A stretch of DNA of 64,000 nucleotides from Macrostomum lignano (GCA_002269645.1 NIVC01001811.1:186001-250000), one strand, 5' to 3'. Numbered from the stretch's first letter, positions 1-13,552 are shown. Notes: generated by a model from the sequence alone, not told the origin. A program made the numbers and translations.

Positions 1-3000
1 GAGAGTTCAGGTTTAAACCCGGCAGCTGAAGATGCCGAAGATTCTGGGAACTTGATCGTTCAGCTGGGCGCCAATCGGCACAGCGTTGCCCAACGAATCG
101 AAGCTAATTTGAATAAACGCGGCAGTGCCGCCGCACAAGCTCTGCTCGATGATGTACAGGTGAGGTAATTTTTTATTAGTTCCCTAATAGCCAAAATTTC
201 CTTGGTACTGTACTTGCAGTAGGAATAGCAGAATATTGCATGTTTAAAATTATAATTAAAATTCTTTGACAAACTACTGATAGTAGGAAAAAGGCAAAAT
301 ATTTTAAATATAAAAATGCCAATAAATTCGTATTCAATAGTACTTCTGATTTATAATTCATAATTAATAATTATTTGCAAAAACAGACGGCCACGGAGTC
401 CGAGCGCAATCTCTACGCTATGCTCACCCCTGCCGAGCTCCTGTCCTGCGGCAGTTCGAATTCAGCTGCTGGGCCAGCCGATGTGGTGTCGGACTTTGGC
501 CTGCCTGTGTCCCTGATGCGCTGCCTGCTGGAGGTGCCGCCTCTGCAGGCTGGACTGGCTGAGATGCTGGCGGAGCTGCTGGTGGCCATCGATAAGAGTG
601 ACTACCCTGTGTGCCTGCAGGTGAGCGGACTGCCGGCCTCCCAGGTCCTCAGCTGCTGGGCCACCAGCCTCCCAGGTCCTCAGCTGCTGGGCCACCAGCC
701 TCCCAGATCCTCAGTTGCTGGGCCACCAGCCTCCCAGATCCTCAGTTGCTGGGCCACCAGCCTCCCAGATCCTCAGTTGCTGGGCCACCAGCCTCCCAGA
801 TCCTCAGTTGCTGGGCCACCAGCCTCCCAGATCCTCAGTTGCTGGGCCAGCCTCCCAGATGCTCAGTTGCTGGGCCAGCCTCCCAGATCCTCAGTTGCTG
901 GGCCAGCCTCCCAGATCCCCAGTTGCTATGGCACAACAACCTAAAGAATAACCCTTCATCCGGCAGGTGAACTACACCAAGCTCATACTCAGCCAGTTCC
1001 GCTACCTGCCCCTTGCCCGCGAGGCAGCCTCCCGAATCGAGGCCATTCTATTCGACATCATCGAGGCTTCATCCTTGGACGCCAAACGCGATACGATCGC
1101 CCTGCTGCCCGAGCTGTTCACCCAGGCCACCGATAGCCTGTGCGAGAAGCTCAGAAGTCTGCTAGTATCTGCTACAGAACTAGACGACACTAGCGGTAGC
1201 CATGGCAACGCGAGTTCAACGCCGCTAACACCGGCCCTATTCGATTGTCTCACCTTGTTGCCATTAAGCGAATCGCAATTGGGCGAATTTCGCCGGCTCG
1301 CCATGCAACTGCTGGCATCCGTCCGCAGCTGCCTATCAATCCCCGTGCTGCTGCGCTTCCTGCTGGACAACCCGCCATCCGAACCGGACGCTGTCATCGA
1401 GTTCCTGATGGAGATTCGATCTCGGCTAGACATGTTTGCCGTGCCCGTGTTGGAGCAGCAAAAGCAGCAGACTCAGGTGCAACAGGTGCAAATTAAACAG
1501 CAGCCGAAATGGCTGACCAGCACGCAACAGCCGGGAGACACGGGCGGCAGCTGGGCCAGCTTAAATATCAGCGGCATCCAGCCGATGGCGCCGAATGCTG
1601 CTTCATCTGCAGCTAACTTGGCCGCTTCTGCGGCGGCTACTGAAACTGCCGAGACTCTGGTCTGCGAGTTGGTGCAACGGAAATTAGCAGCGAAGTGAGT
1701 AGCTAGTTAAGTGTAAGATAATGTATGAGATGATAGTTATGTCCACTGTACATTGCGTCCCCTCTCTCCCTGCAGCCAATCAGGCATTGCGTCCCCTCTC
1801 TTCCTGCAGCCAATCAGACATTGTGTCCCCTCTCTCCCTGCCAGCCAATCAGACATTGCGTCCCCTCTCTCCCTGCCAGCCAATCAGACATTGCGTCCCC
1901 TCTCTCCCTGCCAGCCAATCAGGCATTGCGTCCCCTCTCTCCCTGCAGCCAATCAGACATTGCGTCCCCTCTCTCCCTGCCAGCCAATCAGACATTGCGT
2001 CCCCTCTCTCCCTGCCAGCCAATCAGGCATTGCGTCCACTCTCTCCCTGCAGCCAATCAGCTTCGGTCTATAGCACTAGCAATTTAATGGCCTGGACTAA
2101 TAAAATCGATTAATGCATCCTTAGAGCAGCATGTGAGACACAAAATAGTGTGATTAGAACTTTCTCTGACACTGTTAAGAGACCCAATCACTGTTTTAGT
2201 GTTAAAAATCGTGAAATTTCCTATCTCCGTAGTGTATTTTTCCGGTGAAACCTGCCTTTAAAACTATAACACCCATATATAGAAACAGTTTTGTTAGTTT
2301 CTGCCAAATTGGCCTTGAAAGGAGTTGTCGCCAGTCACAGCCATGAGAGCCAGCCCCTAAGGGTGCACAGAGATTGTACATGTGAATCTCAGTAATTACA
2401 AAGTCATTGATAATTCAAATAAAATATAAGTTGACAAAAAATTTCGGAAAGATTTTTTTGTTTTTCTTAATAAAAAGCGCTTTAAATTCTATTTTCTTTA
2501 CTGACAGTAGTCTAATTACGATATGATTATAAAATATTTATTGCAGTCCTCAACTAGCCGATTGTTGGCTTCGTGCTATCGAGGCATTCCCAACTTCGAC
2601 AACAACAGCAGCAACAACAACAGCTGTTACGGAACAGCAGCAGCAGCGTCAGAGTTCTGTCGACAGTCTTCATCTAGTCGATCTGCTTGTCCTCGCCGCT
2701 GCTTTTAGCGCCGCTCGCAGAAGCGGCGGCGGCGGCAGCTCTCGAAACTCCCGACGCCGTCGGCAAGCCGTGCTCCGCCTGTGCCGGTCGCTGATTCGCA
2801 ACCGCCGCCTGCCGGCCAGGTGCGGCGCCGACCTTCGCTGTCATCACCCGGTGCTGGCCAGGCGGATGGCTGAACAGCTTGTCGACTTACTCGACGGTCT
2901 GGCAGCTAACAGCGCCGCCGCTGACTCATCGTCACTGGCAGCTGGGCAGAGCTGGGCTCGGGCAGTCAGCTCCGACATGTTTGGCTGCCTGTCTCCGCAC

Positions 3001-6000
3001 TGGCAGCAGAGCCTGGTCGCCTGCCTGCTGAGCCGTCTTGGCTCCGAGCCAGATCACGCGCTGCAATGCCTCGTTGATGTGGCCGACGCTTGGCCAACTG
3101 AGCTAGCCAGTTTCGCCGCTCTGCTACGTGCGGCGCTGGACGTGCTGCACCAGCTGGGCCCGGGTCAGGCCAGACTGCTGTACTCCGCATTGGCCAGGCT
3201 GGCTTACAGAGGCTGCGGTGGCGGTAGGCAGGCTCTGCAGGATGATCTGTGCATTCTGGTTAGGAAACAGCTGTGGCACAGTAGGCCAATGTATCAGGTG
3301 AGGCTGTTTTGATAGGATTATTAGAGATGAGAATTTGGGGCTGAGGTGAGATGTAGAGTGAAGATGAGAGTTAAATATAGAGATGAGACGTAGGGGTAGA
3401 GATGAGAGGTATGGGGTAGAGATGAGAGGTAAGGGGTAGAAATGAGAGGTATGGGGTAGACATAAGAGGTATGGGGTAGAGATGAGAGGTATGGGGTAGA
3501 GATGAGAGGTATGGGGTAGAGATGAGAGGTATGGGGTAGAGATGAGAGGTATGGGGTAGAGATGAGAGGTATGGGGTAGAGATGAGAGGTATGGGGTAGA
3601 GATGAGAGGTATGGGGTAGAGATGAGAGGTATGGGGTAGAGATGAGAGGTAGGTAGTAGAGATAGGAGGTATGGGATGGAAAATAAGAGGTAGGTTCAGA
3701 GCCAGGGTGAAGATCCCTGCCCAAGCCCCTTCATTCTCTCAATCGCGCAACCCGCAGTCCTACGGAGTCCTGGGCGTCTTGGCCATGCTGCAGTGCATCA
3801 CACCGTCAGAGGAGCTTCAACAGCGCCACCTTCTACTGTCCCAACAACTCGGCTCCCAGCAGGTGGCCGCCTGCGAATCTACCGAGGACGTTAAAAGCGC
3901 CGTCAGTCTGGTTAACCTGGTGCGCAAAGCGTGCACCCAGGCGCCGCACGTGTCGCTTCTGTTCCTAGACGAGCTGGCCTCGCTGCTAGAGGCCGGCAAG
4001 CTCAACGCTAAGCTGGCCGCCTGGCTGGCAGAGGTTGCTAAAAAAGATTTCTTCGACAATTATACGGCCCCGTCTAGTGTAGTGGTTGATGAGGCGGCTG
4101 CTAGCGATACTACTAGGCAGCCTCGGCTGGGGCTGGCCCAGTCTGCCGCTCAGATGGCTGTGGCCATAGACAGCGTGCCCGCCAGGCGGCTGCCCTGCCT
4201 GCCCGCCCACCTCCGCCTGCTGGCAGCCTGCGTGCCCGCCAGGGGTATCGCCGGATTGGCGCTCTGCCCTCTGATCATGCCGCATCCGCAGCTGTGCTCA
4301 CCGCCTGTGCTGCTGGCTGCCGCCAACTGGTGCACCCAGGTGAGGGCCTGTCTGGCTATCACTCACTCACTCACTCACTCACTCACTCACTCACTCATTC
4401 ACTCATTCACTCACTCATTCACTCACTCATTCACTCATTCACTCACTCATTCACTCATTCACTCACTCACTAACTCACTCACTCATTCACTCACTCATTC
4501 ACTCACTCATTTACTCACTCACTCACTTACTCACTCATTCACTCACTCACTCACTCACTCACTCACTCACTCACTCACTCACTCACTCACTCATTACTCA
4601 CTCACTCACTCATTCACTCACTCATTCACCCACACTCACTCACTCACTCATTCACTCACTCACTCACTCATTCACTCACTCATTTACTCATTCACTCACT
4701 CACACACTCACTCACTCACTCACTCACTCATTCACTCACTCATTTACTCATTCACTCACTCACTCACACACTCACTCACTCACTCATTCACTCACTCACT
4801 CACTCACTCATTTCACTCCTCGCCACCCGTCCCCCAAAGGTCGCCAACTCGTTCGCCAGCTCGCCAGAATTCGAATCCGCCGTACTCGATCGTCTTCGTC
4901 GCAGTGTCGAACTTCGAGCCGAATTCGAATTGTCGATCTGTCGTCCAAACTCTTCAGCCGCCGCAGCAGCCGCCGCAGATGCTGCTAACAGTAGCGAGGC
5001 GGGCGTGAGCGGAGGCGGAATCCGTAGCACTCGCTGGGAGCAGCCGCTGCCTCTGGCCCAACTTGACGGCACCGCCGTCACACACGTCACCCTGCGCTGG
5101 CAGAACACTCAGCAGCCTTCAAAACCGAAAAAGAGCAACAGCCGACCGGCGAAGAAGCGCCGACGAGGACGGCGAGCCACTGATGACGGCGATGACGACG
5201 ACGAGGAAGAGCAGCTTGAAGACAACGACAGCGTCGGCTTGGGCTTCGGCCATTTCGACGCCAACGATTCGGTGGCTGCGGCGGCGGCCGCCGTTGTATC
5301 GTCCGTGGTTGAAGATCTGGCGACGGTTGCCAAAGATGGGCAGAATCAGATGAAGCGGCAGTCCGGCGCTGGGGTCGCTGTTAACAAACTGGTCAGCGCT
5401 GAGCAGCTGGGCCCCTGCTATCGACTGCTGACTGACAGCGTCTTTCTGCTGATGGCCAAGTGGACAGATGAGCAGGTGGGCGCAAGTGAGAGGAGTACTA
5501 TTGTAGTTCAAGATGTACTATTGTAGTTCAAATGTACTATTGTAGCTCAAATCTACTATTGTAGTTTAATATGTACGAGTACTATTGTAGTTCAATATGT
5601 ACTATTGTAGTTCAAGACGTACTATTGCAGTTCAATATGTACTATTGTAGTTCAAGGTGTACTATTGTAGTTCAGTATGTACTATTGTACGAGCGTAGTT
5701 CAAATGTACTATTGTAGTTCAAATGTACTATTGTAGCTCAAATCTACTATTGTAGTTCAAGATGAACTATTGTAGTACAAGACGTACTATTGTAGTGTTC
5801 AAGATGTATTTTTAGTTCAAAGAGTTCTTTGTGTACTTTGTGTAGGAATATACAGAAGACTAGTGTTATTAAACATCAATTTGTTACATCGGTCTCTCTT
5901 TTGAACGCATGTAAAATTAACAGATGGGCGAGCCACTGATTCTGCACCTACTTGAAGATCTGCATCGTCGGGCCGTCTGTCTACTCGGCAGTCACTCTGG

Positions 6001-9000
6001 CAACCGAGGACGATTCGGTAGAAGTTGTTCCTCAGCGCCCGCAGATCCTGATGCCGTTAATGAATTTCTGGCCACTGTCAGCCAGCTCAGTGCCAGGCTG
6101 GTCGGCCTGCTGCTCAAGGCCGCAGACCCTTCGTCGTCAAGGACCCCGGCGCCATTGAATAATCGAAACAACGAGAGTCGCAACAGCGACGCAATCTCTG
6201 AAGATGAAGCTGATCATCCAGCTTCCAAGAGCGTCCTTGACAGCAGCTGTAGCGGTCGAATAGTCCAGCTAATTGTGAGCATACTCAGCCTGACTGTTAG
6301 TCGAATGTCGAATGATAAATCGGGACTATTGCTGGCGACTTTGATGCCGTTAGCTAAGCCTGATTTAGCGCCCGACGCTGACCTAGCAACGGTTGCTAAG
6401 CAAGCGGCAGCCTGCGTTGGCCGTTTGATTCCGTCCGCCTGTCCGACTTTAGAAACGGCACTGGACGCCCTGACTCTGTGTCGGTGCATTCTGGGCGCTC
6501 CGAATGACGACATGCTGGTGTGGAGTGGCGAAGTTCTCGTTCGGCGATGGGATATTAAGAAGCGGGACCAGCTGGCCAGGGTTTACCGGCTGCTTGTCGA
6601 GGCGGCCAGGTGAGGCAATCGCTTTTGTTAACGTGTTAGCCGATATGTATCGAAAAATAAGGAATTTTAGTATTGCTTTGTCACGATGCCCTGTCTGTTT
6701 AAGTTTCCCGATATGTATCGATAGATAGGAAATTTTGATTGCCCTAATAAATTATGTTCAACTAGAGCCGATATGTATCGATAGATAGGAAATTTTGATT
6801 GCCCTAATAAAATATGTTTAACTAGAGCCGATATGTATCGATAGATAGGAAATTTTGATTGTTCTAATAAATTAATTATGTTTAACTAGAGCCGATATGT
6901 ATCGATAGATAGGAAACTTTGATTGCCCTAATAAATTAATTATGTTCAACTAGAGCCGATATGTATCGATAGATAGGAAATTTTGATTGCCCTAATAAAT
7001 TATGTTCAACTAGAGCCGATATGTATCGATAGATAGGAAATTTTGATTGCCCTAATAAATTATGTTCAACTAGAGCCGATATGTATCGATAGATAGGAAA
7101 TTTAGATTGTCCTATAAATAATGTCCAACTAGAGCCGATATGTATCGATAGATAGGAAATTTTGATTGCCCTAATAAATTATGTTCAACTAGAGCCGATA
7201 TGTATCGATAGATAGGAAATTTTGATTGCCCTAATAAATTATGTTTAACTAGAGCCGATATGTATCGATAGATAGGAAATTTTGATTGCCCTAATAAATT
7301 ATGTTTAACTAGAGCCGATATGTATCGATAGATAGGAAATTTTGATTGTCCTAATAAATTATGTTTAACTAGAGCCGATATGTATCGATAGATAGGAAAT
7401 TTTGATTGTCCTAATAAATTATGTTCAACTAGAGCCGATATGTATCGATAGATAGGAAATTTTGATTGCCCTAATAAATTATGTTCAACTAGAGCCGATT
7501 TGTATCGATAGATAGGAAATTTAGATTATCCTATAAATGATGTCCAACTAGAGACGATATGTATCGATGAATAGGAAATTTAGATTTTCCTATAAATAAT
7601 GGCCAACTAGAGCCGATATGTATCGATAAATTGGAAGTTTAGATTCTCCTATAAATAATGTCCAACTAGAGCCGATATGTATTTAAATGTTAGTTAGACA
7701 GCAAGTTTGTTTTGAAACTCAATGCTAAATTTGTTCAAAATTTTAACCTAACTATTCTCGTGTTTTGTATCCACTAACAACTTTGCCGATATGTATCGAA
7801 AGCTGTAGTAAGTCGTTTTTCACCAATTTCACCAATTTTACTAGCCCCGCGAAACGGCCCGCTCTGATTGGCCGCCTGCTAGCCAATCACATCCAGCCTG
7901 TGGCTGCCGGCGTCTCCACCTCAATCGAATCGGCCGACGATCCCGACGCCGTCTGTCCGAGCCTGACCAGGCCGGGAGTGCCAGACGCTTTCGCCCAGTT
8001 GTTAGGCGATTTGGCTAGGCACTGCCAGTCCAATTGCGGCATACTACTGCCGCAGGCTAGTAGTAACAATAGCGTCGCTAGCGACGAATCCGATCAGCAG
8101 CTGCTGATGCGCGGGTGGCCAGACAGCCTGGCTGCTCTGCACGTCGGGCTCGATGTTGTGCGAGCCTGGCCCGAGTGCGTGCGACTGCAGGTGCGTGCAC
8201 TCTTGGCGATATGTATCGAAATGATGAATAGTCGACGCTAATAATATCAGATAACTCTTGATAGCATTGTCTACTCTACTTCGTAAATATTTTAAGCATT
8301 GTTTTTTATATACTTTGAGACGATATGTATTGACATTAACAGGTTTTTTATTATTTAACAGTCGCCGATATGTATCGAAAATACGGAAAATTATAGCTCT
8401 GTTTAAATTACTTGCCGTTGAGGTTTTGAAATTAAAATTTTTGTGTGAGATTTTTATCTACAGATTGTTTGAACTGTGAAGCCGATATGTATCGAAAAAT
8501 AAAATCCAATTTTTATCCAGACTGGAGCTTTTTTATTTAATAATTTAATAGCCGATATGTATCGAAAATTACATAACTTACCAACTTTTTTCACATGCGC
8601 TCAGGCCATCGCTCTCCGCCATGGTCGGGCCCTAGTCGAGTCCTTCATGCGTCACGGCCTGCCCCTTCTCGGCCGTCAGTTTCGCTGTCGCAGCGAGCCG
8701 GCTGTCCGCCTACTCAAGCAGATCCAGCTGTCCACCCGTCAGCTGCAGGCCGTGGCCAACACCTGCAAAGATCGGAACGACGGGCCAACTTCAGCGCTGG
8801 TGCCGCCGCTCCGGCGCACCCTGGAGACTTTCATCTACCGGGTTCGCGCCCTGGTGGCCCGACACGACTGCGCCGCCGCCTTCGAGCCCGGCCAGCTCAA
8901 ATTGAAGAACATCCAGGGCGAAGAGATGGACGAGATTCGCCGGCCGGAGGACTACGATGTTTCGTCGACATCGGATGAAGATGAAGCCGTTGGTGAGGAC

Positions 9001-9081
9001 GGCGATGAGGAGGCGGCCTACGGCGATAGCGACGCTGCTGCCGACGATTGCGGCGACGATGATGGCGAGGAAGAAGCTTGA
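1..9081 (+). CDS. FANCD2: Fanconi anemia group D2 protein, 9 visible exons, 5' end outside window
   Basis: Exons 1-159, 387-620, 967-1694, 2547-3297, 3758-4339, 4840-5475, 5924-6609, 7845-8190 and 8605-9081 join in phase at GT-AG sites (~1530 codons). DDLCILVRKQL...YQ|SYGVLGVLAM matches the human K561 region (DDMHLVIRKQL). The last exon (HGRALVESFMRHGLPLL...LRRTLETFIYRVRAL...GQLKLKNIQGEE) matches the FANCD2 C-terminus. Confidence 0.93.
640..925. repeat. GC-rich ~28-31 bp minisatellite in FANCD2 intron
   Basis: Tandem gctgggccaccagcctcccagatcctcagtt starting ~20 bp after the GTGAGC donor at 621. Confidence 0.9.
1750..2060. repeat. ~35-bp intronic minisatellite
   Basis: Tandem cattgcgtcccctctctccctgc(c)agccaatcag(a/g). 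Confidence 0.9.
3380..3665. repeat. 20-bp intronic minisatellite
   Basis: Tandem gagaggtatggggtagagat. Confidence 0.92.
4358..4812. repeat. (ACTC)n/(ATTC)n microsatellite in FANCD2 intron
   Basis: Direct reading; it produces the spurious THSL-repeat ORF tail. Confidence 0.95.
5495..5810. repeat. ~19-20 bp intronic minisatellite
   Basis: Tandem gtactattgtagttcaa(a/g/t)at. Confidence 0.88.
6705..7680. repeat. ~60-bp intronic satellite carrying GCCGATATGTATCGATA
   Basis: About 16 tandem units of actagagccgatatgtatcgatagataggaaattttgattgccctaataaattatgttca. Confidence 0.95.
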
Positions 9082-9133
9082 CCAGGGTGACACAGTAAAT
9101 TAGTAAGCGCGCTTGGACAGTTGGATATCTAGT

Positions 9134-9208
9134 GCGGCCTGTGGCGTAGTGGTTAGAGCGTCCGCTGTTAAACCGCTCTGCCGGGGTTCGAACCTCGATT
9201 TGGTCGCG
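9134..9208 (+). pseudogene. tRNA-Asn(GTT)-like element (tRNA pseudogene or SINE head)
   Basis: A box TGGCGTAGTGG, B box GGTTCGAACC, acceptor pairing GCGGCC/GGTCGC and a CTGTTAA loop; the anticodon stem does not pair. Confidence 0.5.
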
Positions 9209-9995
9209 TTAATATTAAATTAAACAGCCTGAAAGTTAATTCAAAATTAAATTAAAATTTATCTGTTGCTACTGCTTAATTCAGTAGTACTTAAAAGTTT
9301 TACGCAAATTAAACCGATATTTATCGAAAGCCTTTAAATAATTACTTCTCTCAGTCATACGTTGATACAAAACAGTATCTCATAGGCCTACTAATTCAAC
9401 CATCGTTTCGTCTAGCCGATATGTATCGAAAAAGTTATTATAAATTTTCAAACTTTCATAGTCCTATTAAACAGCTTTCTACAATATTTTTGTAAGCGTT
9501 TTTTGTTCTACTTTAACAAATCTTGGCATTTGATTTGCAAGCATATATTTTGCTATTTGTTTCTTGGCTTACTTTAAAAGCCCTCTCTCCTAAGTTTAGC
9601 TGTTTGTTCTTGCTAAATAAACTGAATATTATTTTTTCCGGTCCTGTGTTTTTTTCATATATTAATTCTGGGTTAGATATTATTTGTGGTAAAGTCTATC
9701 AAAATATAGCCTAGCCTTTGCGTATAAAGCTTCTACTATAAATAATATGATTTGTATAAATCTAAATAACGATCAGATAGCCGATATGTATCGAAATACT
9801 AGTGTAAAAAAATATTATAGCCGATATGTATCGAAATGTTTTAATTGAATCTGTGGTAGCAGATATGTATCGAATAGCTAGATCTATCGAAGTATCTAAA
9901 AGTTAAAGACTTGATTAGCCGATATGTATTGATATATTTAAAACCAATATCAATTTACGCCTTCCCACCTTCCAGCCAGCCGGCTACTACTAGTC

Positions 9996-11079
9996 ATGCT
10001 GTCCAATCAGAGCACGCGCCTTATAGCCGACCTGAAGCGCGGCCTGTCCACCGGCCTGCCAGCGTTCGAAGAGGACCGAGTCCGCCATCTGCTAGCCGAA
10101 ATCGACGCCCTGTTCCAGCAGAATCGCGAAGCCATCGGCGAAGCCCTCGCCGATTCGAACAACGCCGCCCTGACCGCGCAGGAGAAGGAGCTGAGAGCCG
10201 GCCGGTCGCACAACAGCATCCAGCTGCGTCAGGCGGTGATGGAGCGGAATAAGCGCTGTCTGCTGGCCTATCTGTACCATAGACTGGTGCAGCTGCGCCG
10301 CATGCGCTGGGAGCTCGGCCCGATCCTGCCAGCCAATGTGCAGCTAAATGCGCGCGACGAAGAGATCAACTGGTTCTCCGGCTACAACCGGATGCTGGCC
10401 CACTACATGCAGGTTGTGCACGGTTGGAGTGTCAGGGGTTGCTCAGGGGTCAGCAGATTGGGCATCCAGCTTGTTTAGCTCTGTGTGCTAACCGCGGCCA
10501 ACTCAGCTTAACCTGCACAATGGCGTAGCCACTGGGGAGGTCAAGGGGGTCCCAAGTCCTCAATAGACTGGTAAAATTGATGGCGTTCACTGCCCCCTAT
10601 GAGGCTGGCGCCCTTGGTGCTGGCGCCCCTTGGGTGCTGGCACTACTTGGGTGCTGGCGCCCCTTGGGTGCTGGCGCCCCTTGGGTGCTGGCGCCCCTTG
10701 GGTGCTGGCGCCCCTTGGGTGCTGGCGCCCCTTGGGTGCTGGCACTACTTGGGTGCTGGCGCCCCTTGGGTGCTGGCGCCCTCTGTTGCGCTAATTTTAC
10801 AGCATCTCTCGCTGATTTTACAAAGATTTCGTATACATAAATTTCTTAAATTATCCCTAATATTAATCGCAGACTACAGGATTCGATCTCACCGTGAACC
10901 GCCAGCCGCCAAAGAGTCTATTCGTTGAAGTGCGCTGCCTTCAGGACTATGGCCAGCTGGAGACCGAGGACGGCTGTCTGGTGAACTTGAAGAAGGGCAG
11001 CCATCACTACCTGCTGCACAGCGACACGGAGCTGCTAGTGCGGCAGGGTGTGCTGGAGCACGTGGGTAGCAACCACTAA
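9996..11079 (+). CDS. GINS1: GINS complex subunit 1 (Psf1), 2 exons, 207 aa
   Basis: Exons 9996-10412 and 10873-11079, phase 0. Motifs LPAFEED, RNKRCLLAYLYHRL, RWELGPILP, PPKSLFVEVRCLQDYG and LLVRQGVLEH match Psf1. Confidence 0.95.
10605..10782. repeat. ~20-bp GC-rich minisatellite in the GINS1 intron
   Basis: Tandem ctggcgccccttgggtg variants. Confidence 0.9.
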
Positions 11080-11458
11080 CTTCATATTAATCATTTGTTT
11101 CCTTATTTACCTATCGGGTTTTAAACTACTATTAGTAGCTGTATTTTACAGCATTTCACAAAGTCTTCACTAAAATTCATAATTTTATTGAATTTATCAC
11201 TTTCGCGCATTTACAAGTATTTTTTGTCGTCTGTACTATTTCTAGGTTTTATATCCATTTATAAGCTTCTACATGTTCTATATATTACTATACGGTGAAT
11301 TTATAATTTGTTACGGCAAATATCAAATAATATGCGTCCGCAAGCTTTTGTCTTTATTAACTGATAAAGCAATTAAAATCTTTGACTTCAATGTTTAATT
11401 CAATTTATACACTGTGAGTGCGTGTGTTGATGTTGTTTAGGTCTGATTGACCGAATAA

Positions 11459-12619
11459 CTACTCGTTGCACACCTGTTGCAGCCGCAGAAACTCTGTTTT
11501 ATTGAGAAGTTTCGTGCTCAGCGCAAAGCACAGCATGCTACCTTTTAGACAGGTTGCATCGCTTGATGACGAGCCGAGTCGCAGGCACTGAAACACCACG
11601 TTTGATCGATCAAGAGGGGCATTTGAAGTTCGTGAAACTCCGACCAGCGATCCGTTTTGGTACACGCGCTGGTGTCCGTTCCGGTCGAAGGTAACCCCAG
11701 CAGAGAACAGGTGCTCAGCTCCGTCAACCGGCAGAAAATAGCTCGAATAGCCGTATATCTTCTCACCAACAGTACCGTCAGCGGACAGCCAGGCATAGCC
11801 GTAAAAGTAATCATCATTCTTGATGAGCGAGCAACCAATGCCACTGCCCGAGCACGCCTGGAACCTGCTGTAGTACTGTCTCCTGCAGTGATAGCATTCT
11901 CATGGTCAAGCACTACGAAATGCATGTACGAGCTAATCTATCTGCTCAAGTCTAGCGAAAACGACTCACCCGCTAGTAAAAACGTGCCGAACCTGAGCAA
12001 AAGTCGAGTAGGTGGAACCGACTCCCAGAAACTTCTCAAAACCGGGAGTCTCAGTGCTCAGATAGGAGCCCGTGTTGCCCTTGAAGTGAGCACCAGCTGC
12101 ATCAACTGTTACATCGTGAGCCTTGAGACAGGACATTCTCGGGTTGACCTCATTCTTCAGACCGCTCCGAGAGAACTTGTAGAACAGCTTCAGCTTGAAC
12201 TGTTTCACCAAGGGCTCAGAAGACTCTGCAGTGATAAATTTATAATCAGTTTAAACAAAGTAAATGATTTCATTGGAGAGACGCAGAGCTGTCAAGACAG
12301 CAGCCGCTGAGCCGCTCACCGCAGTCTCCGCACAGCACATCGGTGTACTTGTAAGAGTCGCGCAGTCGCCGTCAGTCCATTGCTCGAGTTGAGAACACGC
12401 GTCTCCATGGTAACACAGGCGGGTGGTGATGTCGAAGTGGAATGCGTTGCAGGTGAGCAGGCGGGAGCAGGCGGCGGCGCACTGCAGCTTGCTGGCCAGG
12501 CGGTGCGGCAGCGGAGAGGCGGCCGCGGTGGGGCAGCGTCGGGTCTTCTCGAATGACAGCTCAGCAGCAGCAAGTCTGAAAGAGACCAGTAAAAGAAGCA
12601 GAGCTAAAAAATAATTCAT
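11459..12619 (-). pseudogene. PAN/Apple-LamG family copy A, frameshifted in exon 1
   Basis: Exons 12619-12320, 12225-11970 and 11882-11459. A 2-nt insertion near 12360 (GACTGCGCGACT versus GACTGCGACT in the other copies) shifts the frame. Exon 3 is open: QYYSRFQ...AGVTFD...RVYQNGSLVG...FQCLRLG...LKGSMLCFALSTKLLN. Confidence 0.8.
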
Positions 12620-13552
12620 CCTAGCTTGGAGTTTACTCAGCTTCGTCAGGGCTTAGTTTCAATCGATGCCTGCTGATTCACTCAATTGCTCTCTATTTTA
12701 CCTTTATAGGAAAATCTGACTCGTGCTGGCTTATTTGATCACCTCTGCCTTCTAGCTGGTTGCAAATTCAGAAAAGTTGAGTTTCTCTTTGTTTTGTACT
12801 CAGCAAGTATCGATGCTTTTATCAAAAGCATGGATGTCAGGCCTGACAGCAGCATGCAGAATGTCAAACAATATGAAGCATTTTTGTTTGAACAGCGACT
12901 GTATCCTTGCATGTATTTTTAAAAAGCTAACTGGAATTGAAGCGACCCGAATCAAACGCAAATCCGACAATTCTGAAGGCGGGACGCGCAGTTTTGCTTG
13001 CATCAGGCAAGGTGGAAATCGGAACAAGTAAGAGTTATACATTCCTCTGCAGTCGGGATGCATGATAGCTATTGGGTAAAACATCCCACGCCTGCCTCCG
13101 ATTCGGCACCGTCAGCCAATTTTTATCAAGTTCCCAATAGGTTTTAGGATATTCCAATACATTCGTTCGAAGTTCGAAGTCGGTAGTAAACCAGAGATTA
13201 ATTTTGAGATGCAAAAAATGCGACATTTATTCGAATAGACGCCATGGTCACTGCTCCAGTATATGAAATTTCGATTTCACAATTAGAACTCTGAATACTA
13301 AGTTTGCGCGTACCTATTCAAAGGGATTCTGTAAACATTCCATTTGAGAATTGTGGCAATTGTCTGAGGCGTGAGAACTGTGCGTGTTTTAAACAATGGA
13401 CAAATATATGTAGGTGCTTGAAGGACACTCAGCAATGAAGTTTTTACACAGCTAACAAATTCACATTTATAAATGTAGGATGGGTTGCCTTTTGAACCAT
13501 TTTAATTTTGGAGCAGTTAGTTTGATTTGAAAAGTGTCTGCTCATACAGGAA

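Noticed and set aside
4340-4839. His/Ser/Thr-rich segment in ORF 3671-5008
   Set aside because: An (ACTC)n intron bounded by CAG|GTGAGG and AAG|GTC sites that restore FANCD2 homology.
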